From: Eledone cirrhosa
Lineage: Eukaryota
Length of the DNA: 64,000 nt
NCBI GenBank assembly: GCA_964016885.1
Contig: OZ024746.1
Span: 63,736,001 to 63,800,000 of the forward strand
Direction of reading: 5' to 3'
A program made the position numbers and the translations under genes. Position 1 is the first letter of the stretch, and each line of letters begins with the position of its first letter. The notes under the pieces are model-generated. The model was not told the origin of the DNA and searched no databases. It saw nothing but the letters and a program-made list of their open reading frames with translations. Positions 51,078 through 64,000 of the stretch are shown here, in pieces.

Positions 51078-54000
51078 TTACAGATATATACTCAGAGTAG
51101 GCCCATTCACTCGGGCCATTCTTGCTTCTCTCACCCATCTTTCAACAAAATGCTGGGAAGAGAGCACTTCCCTCTCTACTCTGATTTTCCTTTTCAAATG
51201 AAATTTGAAAAAGTCAATCAGGGCATCACCGAAGAGGTAAGTGCTCGTCTTTAGCCCTTTCAAACGTGTCAACGATACTATCTCTTTCGCCATGGCCACC
51301 AGACAGATAAAAACTGCCTGCCCTTCCTGGCTAAAGGAAGAGGGCGGGGCAATCCTCACGATGGACTCAGATGATAGCCGGATCCGTCCTACACGCGACA
51401 GCAGGTGTTCGACATAAACCCACAAGTCAGCAATTTTCGGACACTGGATGAGTGCGTGCAGGACGGTTTCGTCGCCCTGCGCGCATCTCGGACATGCCCG
51501 GCTGACGGCACCTCCATGCCTGTAGAGTTTATCCCGAACTGGCAAGGCTCCTCGGTAGCACTGCCAGGCCAGAGATTTCTGGAAGTTGTCCATAGGCCCC
51601 GGCCCGAAAGTTCTTCCGAAGAGATTGGCTAGTTGATTTTCGTCGACGCCTAGAGTTCCCCAAGTACGTCGTCGCTCTTCCCCTCCACTAATCCTCTATA
51701 GAACGCCGAGGTGGAGTTTCCACCGATCACATTGCCCGATTGGTCGAGGGCTGTGAGCGCTTGAAGACATTCCAGTTTCCAGGCGCTCCCTCTCGGTCTT
51801 CGCTTGACCCAGGACTGCAGCTCTGTCAAGGAAACGAGCTGGGGAAATACGTGTCTAGCAAACGGCGACCACACCTGATTACCGTCGAGGAAGAGGTGGA
51901 GATGTCGTAGCCTGAGCGCGTGCCTGCGCATCATCAGCCATGGCATGCCCAGCCCTCCACGTAGCGGGTGTTGACAACAGATGGACCGCCTGACCATCGG
52001 AGCGCATCTTTTCCACAAAAAGCGAAAGAGCAAACGCTCCAGCGCAGTCAGGCGAGGCTTAGGACAAGGTACGACGGTCAGGCGGTAGCAGATGACAGAC
52101 GCGATGTACGCGTTAGCCACCTCCGCTCGACCTTTCAGGGATAGCTTCCTCTCCGCCCATTTCTGGGTGAGAGAAGCCACCCTGCTCGTCACCTCGTCCT
52201 AGTTTTTGTCCTTCTGGAGGTCCGGACCGAACTAGACCCCTAGCAATTTAACCGGTCCGTCCGTCCAGCGTCCGACGACGCTGTTGGACGGCATGGACCT
52301 GCCTCTCCAGGTGCCGAGCTGCAGGCCCACTGACTTTTCCTGGTTGATCATTGCTCCTGTCACCGCTTCGTATTCTCTTAGTGTAGTGCCGATCGCCTCG
52401 ATGTGTTTGGCGTTCGACACCACTACGGTGACATCGTCCGCATATGCTGACACGGATCTTCCGCATCCTAGTTCGCGCGGGACCCCCTCAACGTCTCCAG
52501 TTTGTGCAGTAATGGCTCGAGAGTCAATACGTACAAGAGGGACGAGGGGGGACATCCTTGGCGGACCGAGCGCATGATGTTGAACGGTTCCGAAAGGTGA
52601 CCGTTCACTCTCACCACAGAGCAGATGTCGCTGTGCATGGCAGCGATCCAGCCTCTGAAGACGGGCCCAAAGCCAGCTGCCCTCAGGACTGCCGCTAGGT
52701 AACGATGGAGGACCCTATCGAAAGCTTTCGACTGATCTAAATTGATCAAAGACCCACCCGTGCCAGCTTCCCTAGCTACCCTCTCTACGATGTATCGCAT
52801 GAGGTGGAGGTTGTCGTGGATGGATCTGTCGGGAATGGCGCATGTCTGCGCCTCTCCCACTAGACCATCAACGACAAGCGCCAACCTCTTTGCTAGCACC
52901 TTGGCCAAAATCTTGAACTCTGTGTTTAGCAGAGTTATGGGCCTGAAATTATCTATGTTATCCCCCTTGTTCGGATCCTTTCTCAGCAGTGCCACCGCTC
53001 CTCGGCTCACAGAGCTGGGAATTCTCCCGTTCTGTTGCCAGTTGCAGTAGACGTCCGCCAAGAGGCCTCCGAACAAGTCTGGCATCTGTACGCAAAGTTC
53101 ATAGGGCTGACCATCCAAACCAGGCGATTTACCCCTTGTGCAGCCAGTCATTGCCTCCCGTACTTCAGCGGCTGTTATCGGCTTTTCGCAACACTCCGCC
53201 TCAGTGGCCGAGAGCCGCGGCAGTCCGTCGAGGTAGACACTAAAGTCCATCCCTCGACCCGGTCCACCGCTGCCCCCGAACAGATGAGCGAAGTGTCGCT
53301 GAAAAGCTTCACACATTTGCCCGGGATCGAGTAGCATGCGCCCGTCGTGGTCCACCAAAGACCGGATCGTGGCTTTGTAGCCACGACGCGCCTCCACCAC
53401 TCGGGCCCATTGAACGGCTTTCGTCCCCTCGTGTCTGAGAGCACGCACCCTAGCTCTGACAACGCAGCCTTCGTGCTTTGCATTGAAGAATTGGTCAAGG
53501 GCCAATTTCGCCGCAAGCACGTCGGTCGCGATGCCTTTGCTAAGCGCCTCGTCTAATTTTCTAACTAGTTCTCCCTCTGCTCTATTTTTCACTATTGCTA
53601 AAGCCTTACTAAACCTAATGGATTCTATTCTAATCGCTCTTTTCAGAGCAAACCACCACTTGTTGTTGACGATGGCCCCCGTTAACTAGTTCGCTAATCC
53701 GGTCTCTGTAGGCCTTGCGCGCTGGTAAGGACGCGTTTAGCTTCCAGTAGCCGGTCCTCGTTTATGAAGCCTATCTAAGTCAAGCACACAGATCACAAAT
53801 TTGTGGTCCGTGTAGCTGACTATCTTAAATTGTGGACAGCCTATGCTAGACCTATCTATTTCCCTACAAAATACTCTATCTAGATATGATCTGGATGACC
53901 CTATGCGATTTGTCCAAGTCCACATTGACACATTCGGGAAATCCAATCGGTACCTGTCAGACAGTTCAAAACGTTTGAGCAGGTTGGTGAGGCTCTTGCA

Positions 54001-54482
54001 CCCTACTCCCCTATCCGCTAATCCCACACAGTCCCAGCGTGCATTTAAGATCCCGTTCCAGTCGCCCACTAACACTAAAGAGCGGGACGTTCCAAGAAAG
54101 GTCTCCAGACGCCGGAAGAAATCAGGCCACCCTGCTCCTGTCGGGGCATAGACGGCCACTAGCCTGAAAGCTTGCCCGTCTCCGCTGGTCACGTCCAGCA
54201 CCACCAACTTACCCTCTGGGTCCAGGAAGATGGCCCGTATGGCGAGATCCAAACCTCTTCGAAAAAGCACAGCAACTCCTCCCCCGATCCAGGACGGCTG
54301 GGAGATGCGTACACATCGTAGCCGCCGAAGATCGGTGCGAAGGCCCGTGCTTCGGAGATTCTGGTCTCGCTGATGGCCACTACATCTATGTTTAGTGACC
54401 TGAGGTCGTTGAGCAGGTGGCCCTGCTTCCATGACGACACCAAGCCACGCGCATTTATGCTGCCTATTCTGAGTGAGGTCAT
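51078..54482 (-). pseudogene. Tx1/L1 ORF2: APE endonuclease, RT and CCHC domain; several frameshifts
   Basis: GSINARGL..AISET, VYAP, GDWN, SRSYLDR, TDHK, KSPGLDG, FRPITLLNTEFKIL, DQSKAFDRV, VRQGCP, AYADD, CPRC..ETVLHALIQC. Confidence 0.93.
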
Positions 54483-54717
54483 GTTGAAATGGAGTGGAAA
54501 AGATGGGAAAGACCACTTACCTTACTTCTCGTAGAGGAAGGATGGTTTCTCCATCCTTTTCACTGCTTCTGGCCTCCTCCGGAAGGATGTCCTTATAAAT
54601 CCTCCTGGAGAGTGCTTGTCGGAAGTCTCCGATATCTTTGGGGAATTTTTGTTTTAGTGTCGTGTACGTTTTCTGTGTGATGCAAGTGATTTGTATGTGT
54701 GGAGGTGGTGTGAACTT

Positions 54718-56448
54718 TTAGGTTGTTGTGTAGTCTTTTTCTGTGATGCTGGTGTTGTGTTGGATGTAGTGTAATAATTGGTTGTTGTTCAAATTTATTG
54801 CTGTGTAGTGTGTATCGTTTTGGTTGTTTTGTTTTGTTTGCGTTTGTTGTGGGTTTGTTTCTGTTTCGCTTTTTGGTGACTTTTGTGGTGTTGGTGATGG
54901 TGGTATTTGGGTTAATGATGGTGATGGTGTTGGTGTTTGTGGTGATGGGGTTGGTGATGCTGGTGTGGATGGTGGCATAGCTGTCCTAACTTTTTTGTTT
55001 GATAGTTTATTTGTTTCCCTCTGTATTTTGTTTTTGGAGGGGGAAGGAAGGGAATTTTTTCTTTTTTGGTTTCTTTTTCTTCTTTTCTTTTTTTCTGATA
55101 CCGTTTCCCACTCCTTGTCGTCACAATCTGTCTCCAGTTGCAATAGGTCGGGGAGTGGAAAATCCTCCACAGACGTTGGTTTTGGTTGTGGCCTGGTGGA
55201 TGGTGTAGGCGCTGGTGCTAGTTCTGGCGCGTTGGGTGGTGGTGGTGTTGGTTTTGCTACTGTTGCTGGGGTTGTTGCTGTTACAGTTGCTTCTGTTGTT
55301 GCTGCCATTTCTGCTGCTGGTGGTGTTGATGGTTTAGTCACTGGGGTGGGTAAGAGAGGTGGTCTCAACCTTTTAGCCTGAGGGCAGAAAGCCCTTAGGT
55401 GGGTTCCTTCACCATAAACGACACACCTAGGCCTTCTCCCCTCGACGATTACGGTGAGATGGCTGCCGTCAGTGAGGTCTATTACCTCAATGCTTTTTTG
55501 GTCCGCTTGGATCAGGAGCTCCATCCCAGATCCGGATCAGTTCTCCTGCTTTTCTTTCGCTATTTCGATTATCTTGGTGTTGGCTTCGATGCCGGCAAGG
55601 ACGGCAGCCATTAGCCAGGGAATGTCGATGGCCGGTGGAACGTGGGTTACTCTGATCTTCACGAGTCTCTGGCCACAATAGCTTGGGACGAGTGTGAAGT
55701 CGTCACTTCTTAATGGGGCCATGGAGTGTTCTCTGGCCTCCTGTGGTGTTTCAAAGAACACGTCCACAGTTCCATATTTCTGCCCACGTCTGATGTGGGA
55801 TTTTTTTGCCCACACATGTCCCAAAGCTTTTTGGATTTGGGACTCGGAGCGCCGTTCCACTCGGCGCGATTTTATGTTAATCGTCCGATAAGACATGGTG
55901 TATAGGCGCCGATGCTCCATTTTATTAGGTGGGGGTGGGTGGTGGGATGGGGTGAGGCTGACCCTGTACCCATCTTTCTTTACCATTTTTTTGGCTTCTT
56001 CTAATTCCTCCTGAGTTACCTGGAATGCTTCGCACTATTTTGCTACTCTGGCAAAAGACAGGGTTTTCTTTTTCTCATTGTTGCTGTTGTTGTTATCGTT
56101 ATTTTTGTTATTGTTAATTTTAGTTTCAGTTGTGGTGGTGGTGGCGTCAGTGGTGTTCGGTGTGGAAGAGTTCATTTTGGCTGAATTCGTTTCGATATCA
56201 CGAGATAATTTATTTTTTTCTTTTGTTTCTGTTGTCGCTGTGGTGGTGGTGGGGTTGGCGGCTTCAACACCTGCAGTCATTGGTAATGGCGGGAAATGAA
56301 TGTCTGCCTGAAACAAATTTAAAATATTGCTACTGCTTATATTTTTAGTGTTGGCAAACGTAGTAATTTTTACAATGGTGGTGTCGGTGTGAGGTGTTAG
56401 TTTGTGAGGAAGGCTCTCAGCTACTGGGTTCAGCTGTGAGTCGGCCAT
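54718..56448 (-). pseudogene. Tx1 ORF1 (gag-like), disrupted, with Pro/Thr-rich regions and a degenerate zinc knuckle
   Basis: SFARVA motif; VEGRRPRCVVYGEGTHLRAFCP; WETVSEKKKRRK. Confidence 0.8.
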
Positions 56449-56723
56449 GATTTTTCAAAGAAATTTTTTTTTTTGTTTGATAATTATAAAAGTTTAAATT
56501 TTGGGCTCAAGGCTCCAATCTTTTTGAGTATCCTTTTCAGAAAACAATGTATGTGCACTTATATACAGTTAACAATAAATTTATTTTACATAAATGGCAA
56601 TTTTAAACAACTGAAAATAACAAACCTTTGCGGAGCTCACGATAATACGATTTACTACGTAGGTCGCCAATAGTAATAATAATAATATTATGAGAAAAAA
56701 ATAATAAAATTATGTTAAGTTAC

Positions 56724-56955
56724 CTTTTCTTTTTTCTTCGAATTGTCATTTTCTGAGTCATTTCACTAGAACAAGAGGTTGCTCTAATTACAGATTATAA
56801 CAGCAAGGGCTTTTAACAGTCACCTTTAACATTTCTTCCATTATCTTGATGGTAAGATTCTCCATTTAAATGTAATTTTCAGCTTGCTATAGAATTAGTA
56901 TGAACCCTGACTTCATAGATATAAGTCACTTTGAATATGATTTTTCCTCCCTTAA
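56724..56955 (-). other. Candidate exon (UTR-like or non-coding)
   Basis: Reverse complement: ttttctttccttccag| ... aagaaaag|gtaact; no through-going frame. Confidence 0.3.
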
Positions 56956-57324
56956 CTGGAAGGAAAGAAAATTGTTTTCCAAGTACTCATTCTAAAGAAT
57001 CTTAATATAGGTTATATATTTGAACATTTTCATTTCAGGTAAAGATCTCATTGAAACTATACTATGAATTTTTTCCTTGGTCAGTCATATGAGATGTTAA
57101 AAGTCTAAATTGATAGATAGTAAAATATAGAAAGATTGTTGTCAATAAGAAGTCGATTTCACACTTATTAGCCTGTTAGCCATTTTATAAGAATGCTTTC
57201 TAATTACATTCTTTATTCAATGATAGAATAGTCAAAAGACATGTATAATCATCATCATTATCATCATCATCACCATCACCATCACCATTGTCACCACCAT
57301 CATCCTTATTATTATTATTATTAT

Positions 57325-58016
57325 TGTTCTTTGAGTCTCAGTCATTGATGTTATTTAACTGGAAAGTTTGTTGAAATGAATATCAAGCCACTACCTGCGG
57401 CTTCAGATATTCAGGACGTATCAGAGGGTTCTTGCTGTTCCCAGCAAGCATGCCTTTTGAAGTGTTCTAAAAAGCAGGGCTGGACTAATTTTCTTTAACC
57501 ATCCTTGGAAACTCTTTGACTCTAGTGCCCCTATGACAATCATTACAACTTTGACTTCATGGCAGTCCCAAATCCTTTTTAACTCCCACTTTAAATCCTG
57601 GTATCGGTTAATTTTCTCCCTCTCCTTCTCTTGCACTCTTGTGTCGAATGGGCAGGCTCCATCTACAATCAGGCATGATCTTTTTTCCTTGTCCAAAACC
57701 ACCAGGTCAGGTCTATTGTGTTTCAGTTTCTTGTCCGTCTGTATCCCAAAATCCCACAGCACCTTCACCTGATCGTTTTCTATCACCGACTCTGGCTTAT
57801 GCTCATACCACTTCTCAGAATGTGGTAAATTGTTCACCTTGCATAGGTGCCAGTGGATCACCCTGCCCATCACATCATGTCTCCAGCCTTTATAGTGAGT
57901 CTGGGCTAGGTGTTTACACTCGGATACAATGTGAGCCACAGTCTCCTCTCTCTCTCCACAGATCCTACACAGTGGGCTAGCCTCCTCCTTGTAAATATGG
58001 TGTTTCACCCACTTCG

Positions 58017-58018
<2 letters not shown>
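57325..58018 (-). mobile_element. Dong/R4-clade non-LTR retrotransposon 3' fragment (CCHC plus restriction-like endonuclease) in (TAA)n
   Basis: CRICG..ETVAHIVSEC, RHD, RPDLVV..IVD, K..RY.DL, LQKACLLGTA; (ATT)n on both sides. Confidence 0.9.
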
Positions 58019-58056
<38 letters not shown>

Positions 58057-58139
58057 CAGCAGCAGCAGCATAATGGTGTTATTCCCTGGGCATAAGTGCA
58101 ACATAATTTTTCTGAACCAAATGTTATCAAAATGTTATC

Positions 58140-58280
58140 AAGTGTTATCAAGATATCAGATGCTGAATTTGTTGATGACATAGTTCTGGTGACAAACACA
58201 GTGAAGGAGGCAGAGGAGTTGATACAGAAGGTGGAGACTGTGTCGATGAGTGTGGGGCTGAGAATGAATGAGATTAAGAC
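58140..58280 (+). mobile_element. LINE RT remnant (FxDD to GLxxNxxKT) that seeds the satellite
   Basis: ISDAEFVDDIVLVTNTVKEAEELIQKVETVSMSVGLRMNEIKT. Confidence 0.8.
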
Positions 58281-61200
58281 GAGTGAGGGGCTGAGAATGA
58301 ATGAGATTAAGACAAGTGTGGAGCTGAGAATGAATGAAATTAAGACAAGTGTGGAGCTGAGAATGAATGAGATTAAGACGAGTGAGGGGCTGAGAATGAA
58401 TGAGATTAAGACAAGTATGGAGCTGAGAATGAATGAGATTAAGACAAGTGTGGAGCTGAGAATGAATGAGATTAAGACAAGTGTGGGGCTGAGAATGAAT
58501 GAAATTAGACAAGTATGGAACTGAGAATGAATGAGATTAAGACGAGTGTGGAGCTGAGAATGAATGAAATTAGACAAGTATGGAGCTGAAAATGAATGAG
58601 ATTAAGACGAGTGTGGAGCTGAGAATGAATGTGATTAAGACAAGTGTGGGGCTGAGAATGAATGAAATTAAGACAAGTTTGGGGCTGAAAATGAATGAAA
58701 TTAAGACAAGTTTGGGGCTGAGAATGAATGAAATTAAGACAAGTGTGGAGCTGAGAATGAATGAAATTAAGACAAGTGTGTGGCTGAGAATGAATGAAAT
58801 TAATACGAGTGAGGGGCTGAGAATATATGAGATTAAGACAAGTGTGAAGCTGAGAATGAATGAGATTAAGACAAGTGTGGGGCTGAGAATGAATGAAATT
58901 AGACAAGTATGGAGCTGAGAATGAATGAGATTAAGACGAGTGTGGAGCTGAGAATGAATGAAATTAGACAAGTATGGAGCTGAGAATGAATGAGATTAAG
59001 ACGATTGTGGAGCTGAGAATGAATGAGATTAAGACAAGTATGGAGCTGAGAATGAATGAGATTAAGACAAGTATGGAGCTGAGAATGAATGAAATTAAGA
59101 CAAGTGTGGCTGAGAATGAATGAGATTAAGACAAGTGTGGGGCTGAGAATGAATGAAATTAAGACAAGTGTGGGGCTGACAATGAATGAAATTAGACAAG
59201 TATGGAGATGAGAATGAGTGAGATTAAGACGAGTGTGGAGCTGAGAATGAATGAGATTAAGACAAGTGTGGAGCTGAGAATGAATGAGATTAAGACAAGT
59301 GTGGAGCTGAGAATGAATGAGATTAAGACAAGTGTGGAGCTGAGAATGAATGAAATTAAGACAAGTGTGGAGCTGAGAATGAATGAAATTAAGACAAGTG
59401 TGAAGCTGAGAATGAATGAGATTAAGACGAGTGTGGAGCTGAGAATGAATGAAATTAAGACAAGTGTGGAGCTGAGAATGAATGAGATTAAGACAAGTGT
59501 GGAGCTGAGAATGAATGAGATTAAGACGAGTGAGGGGCTGAGAATGAATGAGATTAAGACAAGTGTGGAGCTGAGAATGAATGAGATTAAGACAAGTGTG
59601 GAGCTGAGAATGAATGAGATTAAGACAAGTGTGGAGCTGAGAATGAATGAAATTAAGACAAGTGTGTGGCTGAGAATGAATGAAATTAATACGAGTGAGG
59701 GGCTGAGAATGAATGAAATTAAGACAAGTGTGGAGCTGAGAATGAATGAGATTAAGACAAGTGTGGAGCTGAGAATGAATGAAATTAAGACAAGTGTGGA
59801 GCTGAGAATGAATGAGATTAAGACAAGTGTGGGGCTGAGAATGAATGAGATTAAGACGAGTGAGGGGCTGAGAATGAATGAGATTAAGACAAGTGTGGAG
59901 CTGAGAATGAATGAGATTAAGACAAGTATGGAGCTGAGAATGAATGAGATTAAGACAAGTATGGAGCTGAGAATGAATGAAATTAAGACAAGTGTGGCTG
60001 AGAATGAATGAGATTAAGACAAGTGTGGGGCTGAGAATGAATGAAATTAAGACAAGTGTGGGGCTGACAATGAATGAAATTAGACAAGTATGGAGCTGAG
60101 AATGAGTGAGATTAAGACGAGTGTGGAGCTGAGAATGAATGAGATTAAGACAAGTGTGGAGCTGAGAATGAATGAGATTAAGACAAGTGTGGAGCTGAGA
60201 ATGAATGAGATTAAGACAAGTGTGGAGCTGAGAATGAATGAAATTAAGACAAGTGTGGAGCTGAGAATGAATGAAATTAAGACAAGTGTGAAGCTGAGAA
60301 TGAATGAGATTAAGACGAGTGTGGAGCTGAGAATGAATGAAATTAAGACAAGTGTGGAGCTGAGAATGAATGAGATTAAGACAAGTGTGGAGCTGAGAAT
60401 GAATGAGATTAAGACGAGTGAGGGGCTGAGAATGAATGAGATTAAGACAAGTGTGGAGCTGAGAATGAATGAGATTAAGACAAGTGTGGAGCTGAGAATG
60501 AATGAGATTAAGACAAGTGTGGAGCTGAGAATGAATGAAATTAAGACAAGTGTGTGGCTGAGAATGAATGAAATTAATACGAGTGAGGGGCTGAGAATGA
60601 ATGAAATTAAGACAAGTGTGGAGCTGAGAATGAATGAGATTAAGACAAGTGTGGAGCTGAGAATGAATGAAATTAAGACAAGTGTGGAGCTGAGAATGAA
60701 TGAGATTAAGACAAGTGTGGGGCTGAGAATGAATGAGATTAAGACGAGTGAGGGGCTGAGAATGAATGAGATTAAGACAAGTGTGGAGCTGAGAAGGAAT
60801 GAGATTAAGACGAGTGAGGGGCTGAGAATGAATGAGATTAAGACAAGTATGGAGCTGAGAATGAATGAGATTAAGATGAGTGTGGAGCTGAGAAGGAATG
60901 AGATTAAGACAAGTGTAGAGCTGAGAATGAATGAGATTAAGATGAGTGTGGAGCTGAGAAGGAATGAGATTAAGACGAGTGAGGGGCTGAGAATGAATGA
61001 GATTAAGACAAGTGTGGGGCTGAGAATGAATGAAATTAAGACAAGTGTGGGGCTGAGAATGAATGAGATTAAGACAAGTGTGGGGCTGAGAATGTATGAA
61101 ATTAAGACAAGTGTGGAGCTGAGAATGAATGAGATTAAGACAAGTGTGGAGCTGAGAATGAATGAAATTAAGACAAGTGTGGAGCTGAGAATGAATGAGA

Positions 61201-64000
61201 TTAAGACAAGTGTGGGGCTGAGAATGAATGAAATTAGACAAGTATGGAGCTGAGAATGAGTGAGATTAAGACGAGTGAGGGGCTGAGAATGAATGAGATT
61301 AAGACAAGTGTGGAGCTGAGAATGAATGAGATTAAGACAAGTGTGGAGCTGAGAATGAATGAGATTAAGACAAGTGTGGAGCTGAGAATGAGTGAAATTA
61401 AGACAAGTGTGAAGCTGAGAATGAATGAGATTAAGATGAGTGTGGGACTGATAATGAATGAGATTAAGACAAGTGTGGAGCTGAGAATGAATGAAATTAA
61501 GACAAGTGTGGAGCTGAGAATGAATGAGATTAAGACAAGTATGGGGCTGAGAATGAATGAGATTAAGACGAGTGAGGGGCTGAGAATGAATGAGATTAAG
61601 ACAAGTGTGGAGCTGAGAATGAATGAGATTAAGATGAGTGTGGAGCTGAGAAGGAATGAGATTAAGACGAGTGAGGGGCTGAGAATGAATGAAATTAAGA
61701 CAAGTGGGGGGCTGAGAATGAATGAAATTAAGACAAGTGTGGGGCTGAGAATGAATGAGATTAAGACAAGTGTGGGGCTGAGAATGAATGAAATTAAGAC
61801 GAGTGTGGAGCTGAGAATGAATGAAATTAAGACAAGTGTGGAGCTGAGAATGAATGAGATTAAGACAAGTGTGGAGCTGAGAATGAATGAGATTAAGACA
61901 AGTGTGAAGCTGAGAATGAATGAGATTAAGACGAGTGTGGAGCTGAGAATGAATGAAATTAAGACAAGTGTGGAGCTGAGAATGAATGAGATTAAGACAA
62001 GTGTGGAGCTGAGAATGAATGAGATTAAGACGAGTGAGGGGCTGAGAATGAATGAGATTAAGACAAGTGTGGAGCTGAGAATGAATGAGATTAAGACAAG
62101 TGTGGAGCTGAGAATGAATGAGATTAAGACAAGTGTGGAGCTGAGAATGAATGAAATTAAGACAAGTGTGTGGCTGAGAATGAATGAAATTAATACGAGT
62201 GAGGGGCTGAGAATGAATGAAATTAAGACAAGTGTGGAGCTGAGAATGAATGAGATTAAGACAAGTGTGGAGCTGAGAATGAATGAAATTAAGACAAGTG
62301 TGGAGCTGAGAATGAATGAGATTAAGACAAGTGTGGGGCTGAGAATGAATGAGATTAAGACGAGTGAGGGGCTGAGAATGAATGAGATTAAGACAAGTGT
62401 GGAGCTGAGAAGGAATGAGATTAAGACGAGTGAGGGGCTGAGAATGAATGAGATTAAGACAAGTATGGAGCTGAGAATGAATGAGATTAAGATGAGTGTG
62501 GAGCTGAGAAGGAATGAGATTAAGACAAGTGTAGAGCTGAGAATGAATGAGATTAAGATGAGTGTGGAGCTGAGAAGGAATGAGATTAAGACGAGTGAGG
62601 GGCTGAGAATGAATGAGATTAAGACAAGTGTGGGGCTGAGAATGAATGAAATTAAGACAAGTGTGGGGCTGAGAATGAATGAGATTAAGACAAGTGTGGG
62701 GCTGAGAATGTATGAAATTAAGACAAGTGTGGAGCTGAGAATGAATGAGATTAAGACAAGTGTGGAGCTGAGAATGAATGAGATTAAGACGAGTGAGGGG
62801 CTGAGAATGAATGAGATTAAGACAAGTGTGGAGCTGAGAATGAATGAGATTAAGACAAGTGTGGAGCTGAGAATGAATGAGATTAAGACAAGTGTGGAGC
62901 TGAGAATGAATGAAATTAAGACAAGTGTGTGGCTGAGAATGAATGAAATTAATACGAGTGAGGGGCTGAGAATGAATGAAATTAAGACAAGTGTGGAGCT
63001 GAGAATGAATGAGATTAAGACAAGTGTGGAGCTGAGAATGAATGAAATTAAGACAAGTGTGGAGCTGAGAATGAATGAGATTAAGACAAGTGTGGGGCTG
63101 AGAATGAATGAGATTAAGACGAGTGAGGGGCTGAGAATGAATGAGATTAAGACAAGTGTGGAGCTGAGAATGAATGAGATTAAGACAAGTATGGAGCTGA
63201 GAATGAATGAGATTAAGACAAGTATGGAGCTGAGAATGAATGAAATTAAGACAAGTGTGGCTGAGAATGAATGAGATTAAGACAAGTGTGGGGCTGAGAA
63301 TGAATGAAATTAAGACAAGTGTGGGGCTGACAATGAATGAAATTAGACAAGTATGGAGCTGAGAATGAGTGAGATTAAGACGAGTGTGGAGCTGAGAATG
63401 AATGAGATTAAGACAAGTGTGGAGCTGAGAATGAATGAGATTAAGACAAGTGTGGAGCTGAGAATGAATGAGATTAAGACAAGTGTGGAGCTGAGAATGA
63501 ATGAAATTAAGACAAGTGTGGAGCTGAGAATGAATGAAATTAAGACAAGTGTGAAGCTGAGAATGAATGAGATTAAGACGAGTGTGGAGCTGAGAATGAA
63601 TGAAATTAAGACAAGTGTGGAGCTGAGAATGAATGAGATTAAGACAAGTGTGGAGCTGAGAATGAATGAGATTAAGACGAGTGAGGGGCTGAGAATGAAT
63701 GAGATTAAGACAAGTGTGGAGCTGAGAATGAATGAGATTAAGACAAGTGTGGAGCTGAGAATGAATGAGATTAAGACAAGTGTGGAGCTGAGAATGAATG
63801 AAATTAAGACAAGTGTGTGGCTGAGAATGAATGAAATTAATACGAGTGAGGGGCTGAGAATGAATGAAATTAAGACAAGTGTGGAGCTGAGAATGAATGA
63901 GATTAAGACAAGTGTGGAGCTGAGAATGAATGAAATTAAGACAAGTGTGGAGCTGAGAATGAATGAGATTAAGACAAGTGTGGGGCTGAGAATGAATGAG
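58248..64000. repeat. 30-bp satellite (agtgtggagctgagaatgaatgagattaagac) with higher-order structure; runs off the window end
   Basis: About 190 tandem units; diagnostic variants recur at an 888-bp period. Confidence 0.98.

Larger units (their letters stand above)
50820..56670 (-). mobile_element. Near full-length Tx1/L1-clade LINE (ORF1 + ORF2), mildly disrupted, in an (ATT)n tract
   Basis: 5' UTR about 56450-56670, two ORFs, 3' UTR with AATAAA and an attatt tail; TAA-like repeats on both flanks. Confidence 0.93.

Noticed and set aside
58899-63274. Long 387-780 aa repeat ORFs
   Set aside because: A stop-free 30-bp satellite unit; frames are broken by 28/29-bp units and are open on both strands.

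Overview
Repeat-dominated, AT-rich animal genomic DNA, most likely an octopus or other cephalopod (inferred from the SINE/RTE repertoire and the extreme (TA)n content). It contains no intact recognisable host gene, only a few candidate minus-strand exons. It holds decayed RTE LINEs, a near full-length Tx1/L1 LINE (50.8-56.7 kb), a Dong/R4-type RLE fragment, a Penelope-like RT+GIY-YIG element, many tRNA-derived SINEs, several MITEs, a Helitron-like element and four minisatellites, one of which grew out of a LINE RT motif. The main unexplained signal is that the short unique islands between (TA)n runs are mostly fold-back or tandem non-coding elements. They carry about 15 type-I minimal hammerhead ribozyme motifs (CUGANGA..stem II..GAAA..palindromic stem III..UH..stem I) from roughly 10 unrelated sequence families. 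One is a tandem pair of U3-A8 variant hammerheads 546 nt apart, a retrozyme-like unit that could give a circular RNA. This points to a (TA)n-targeted ecosystem of Penelope-like elements and retrozymes. All folds and coordinates were read by eye.
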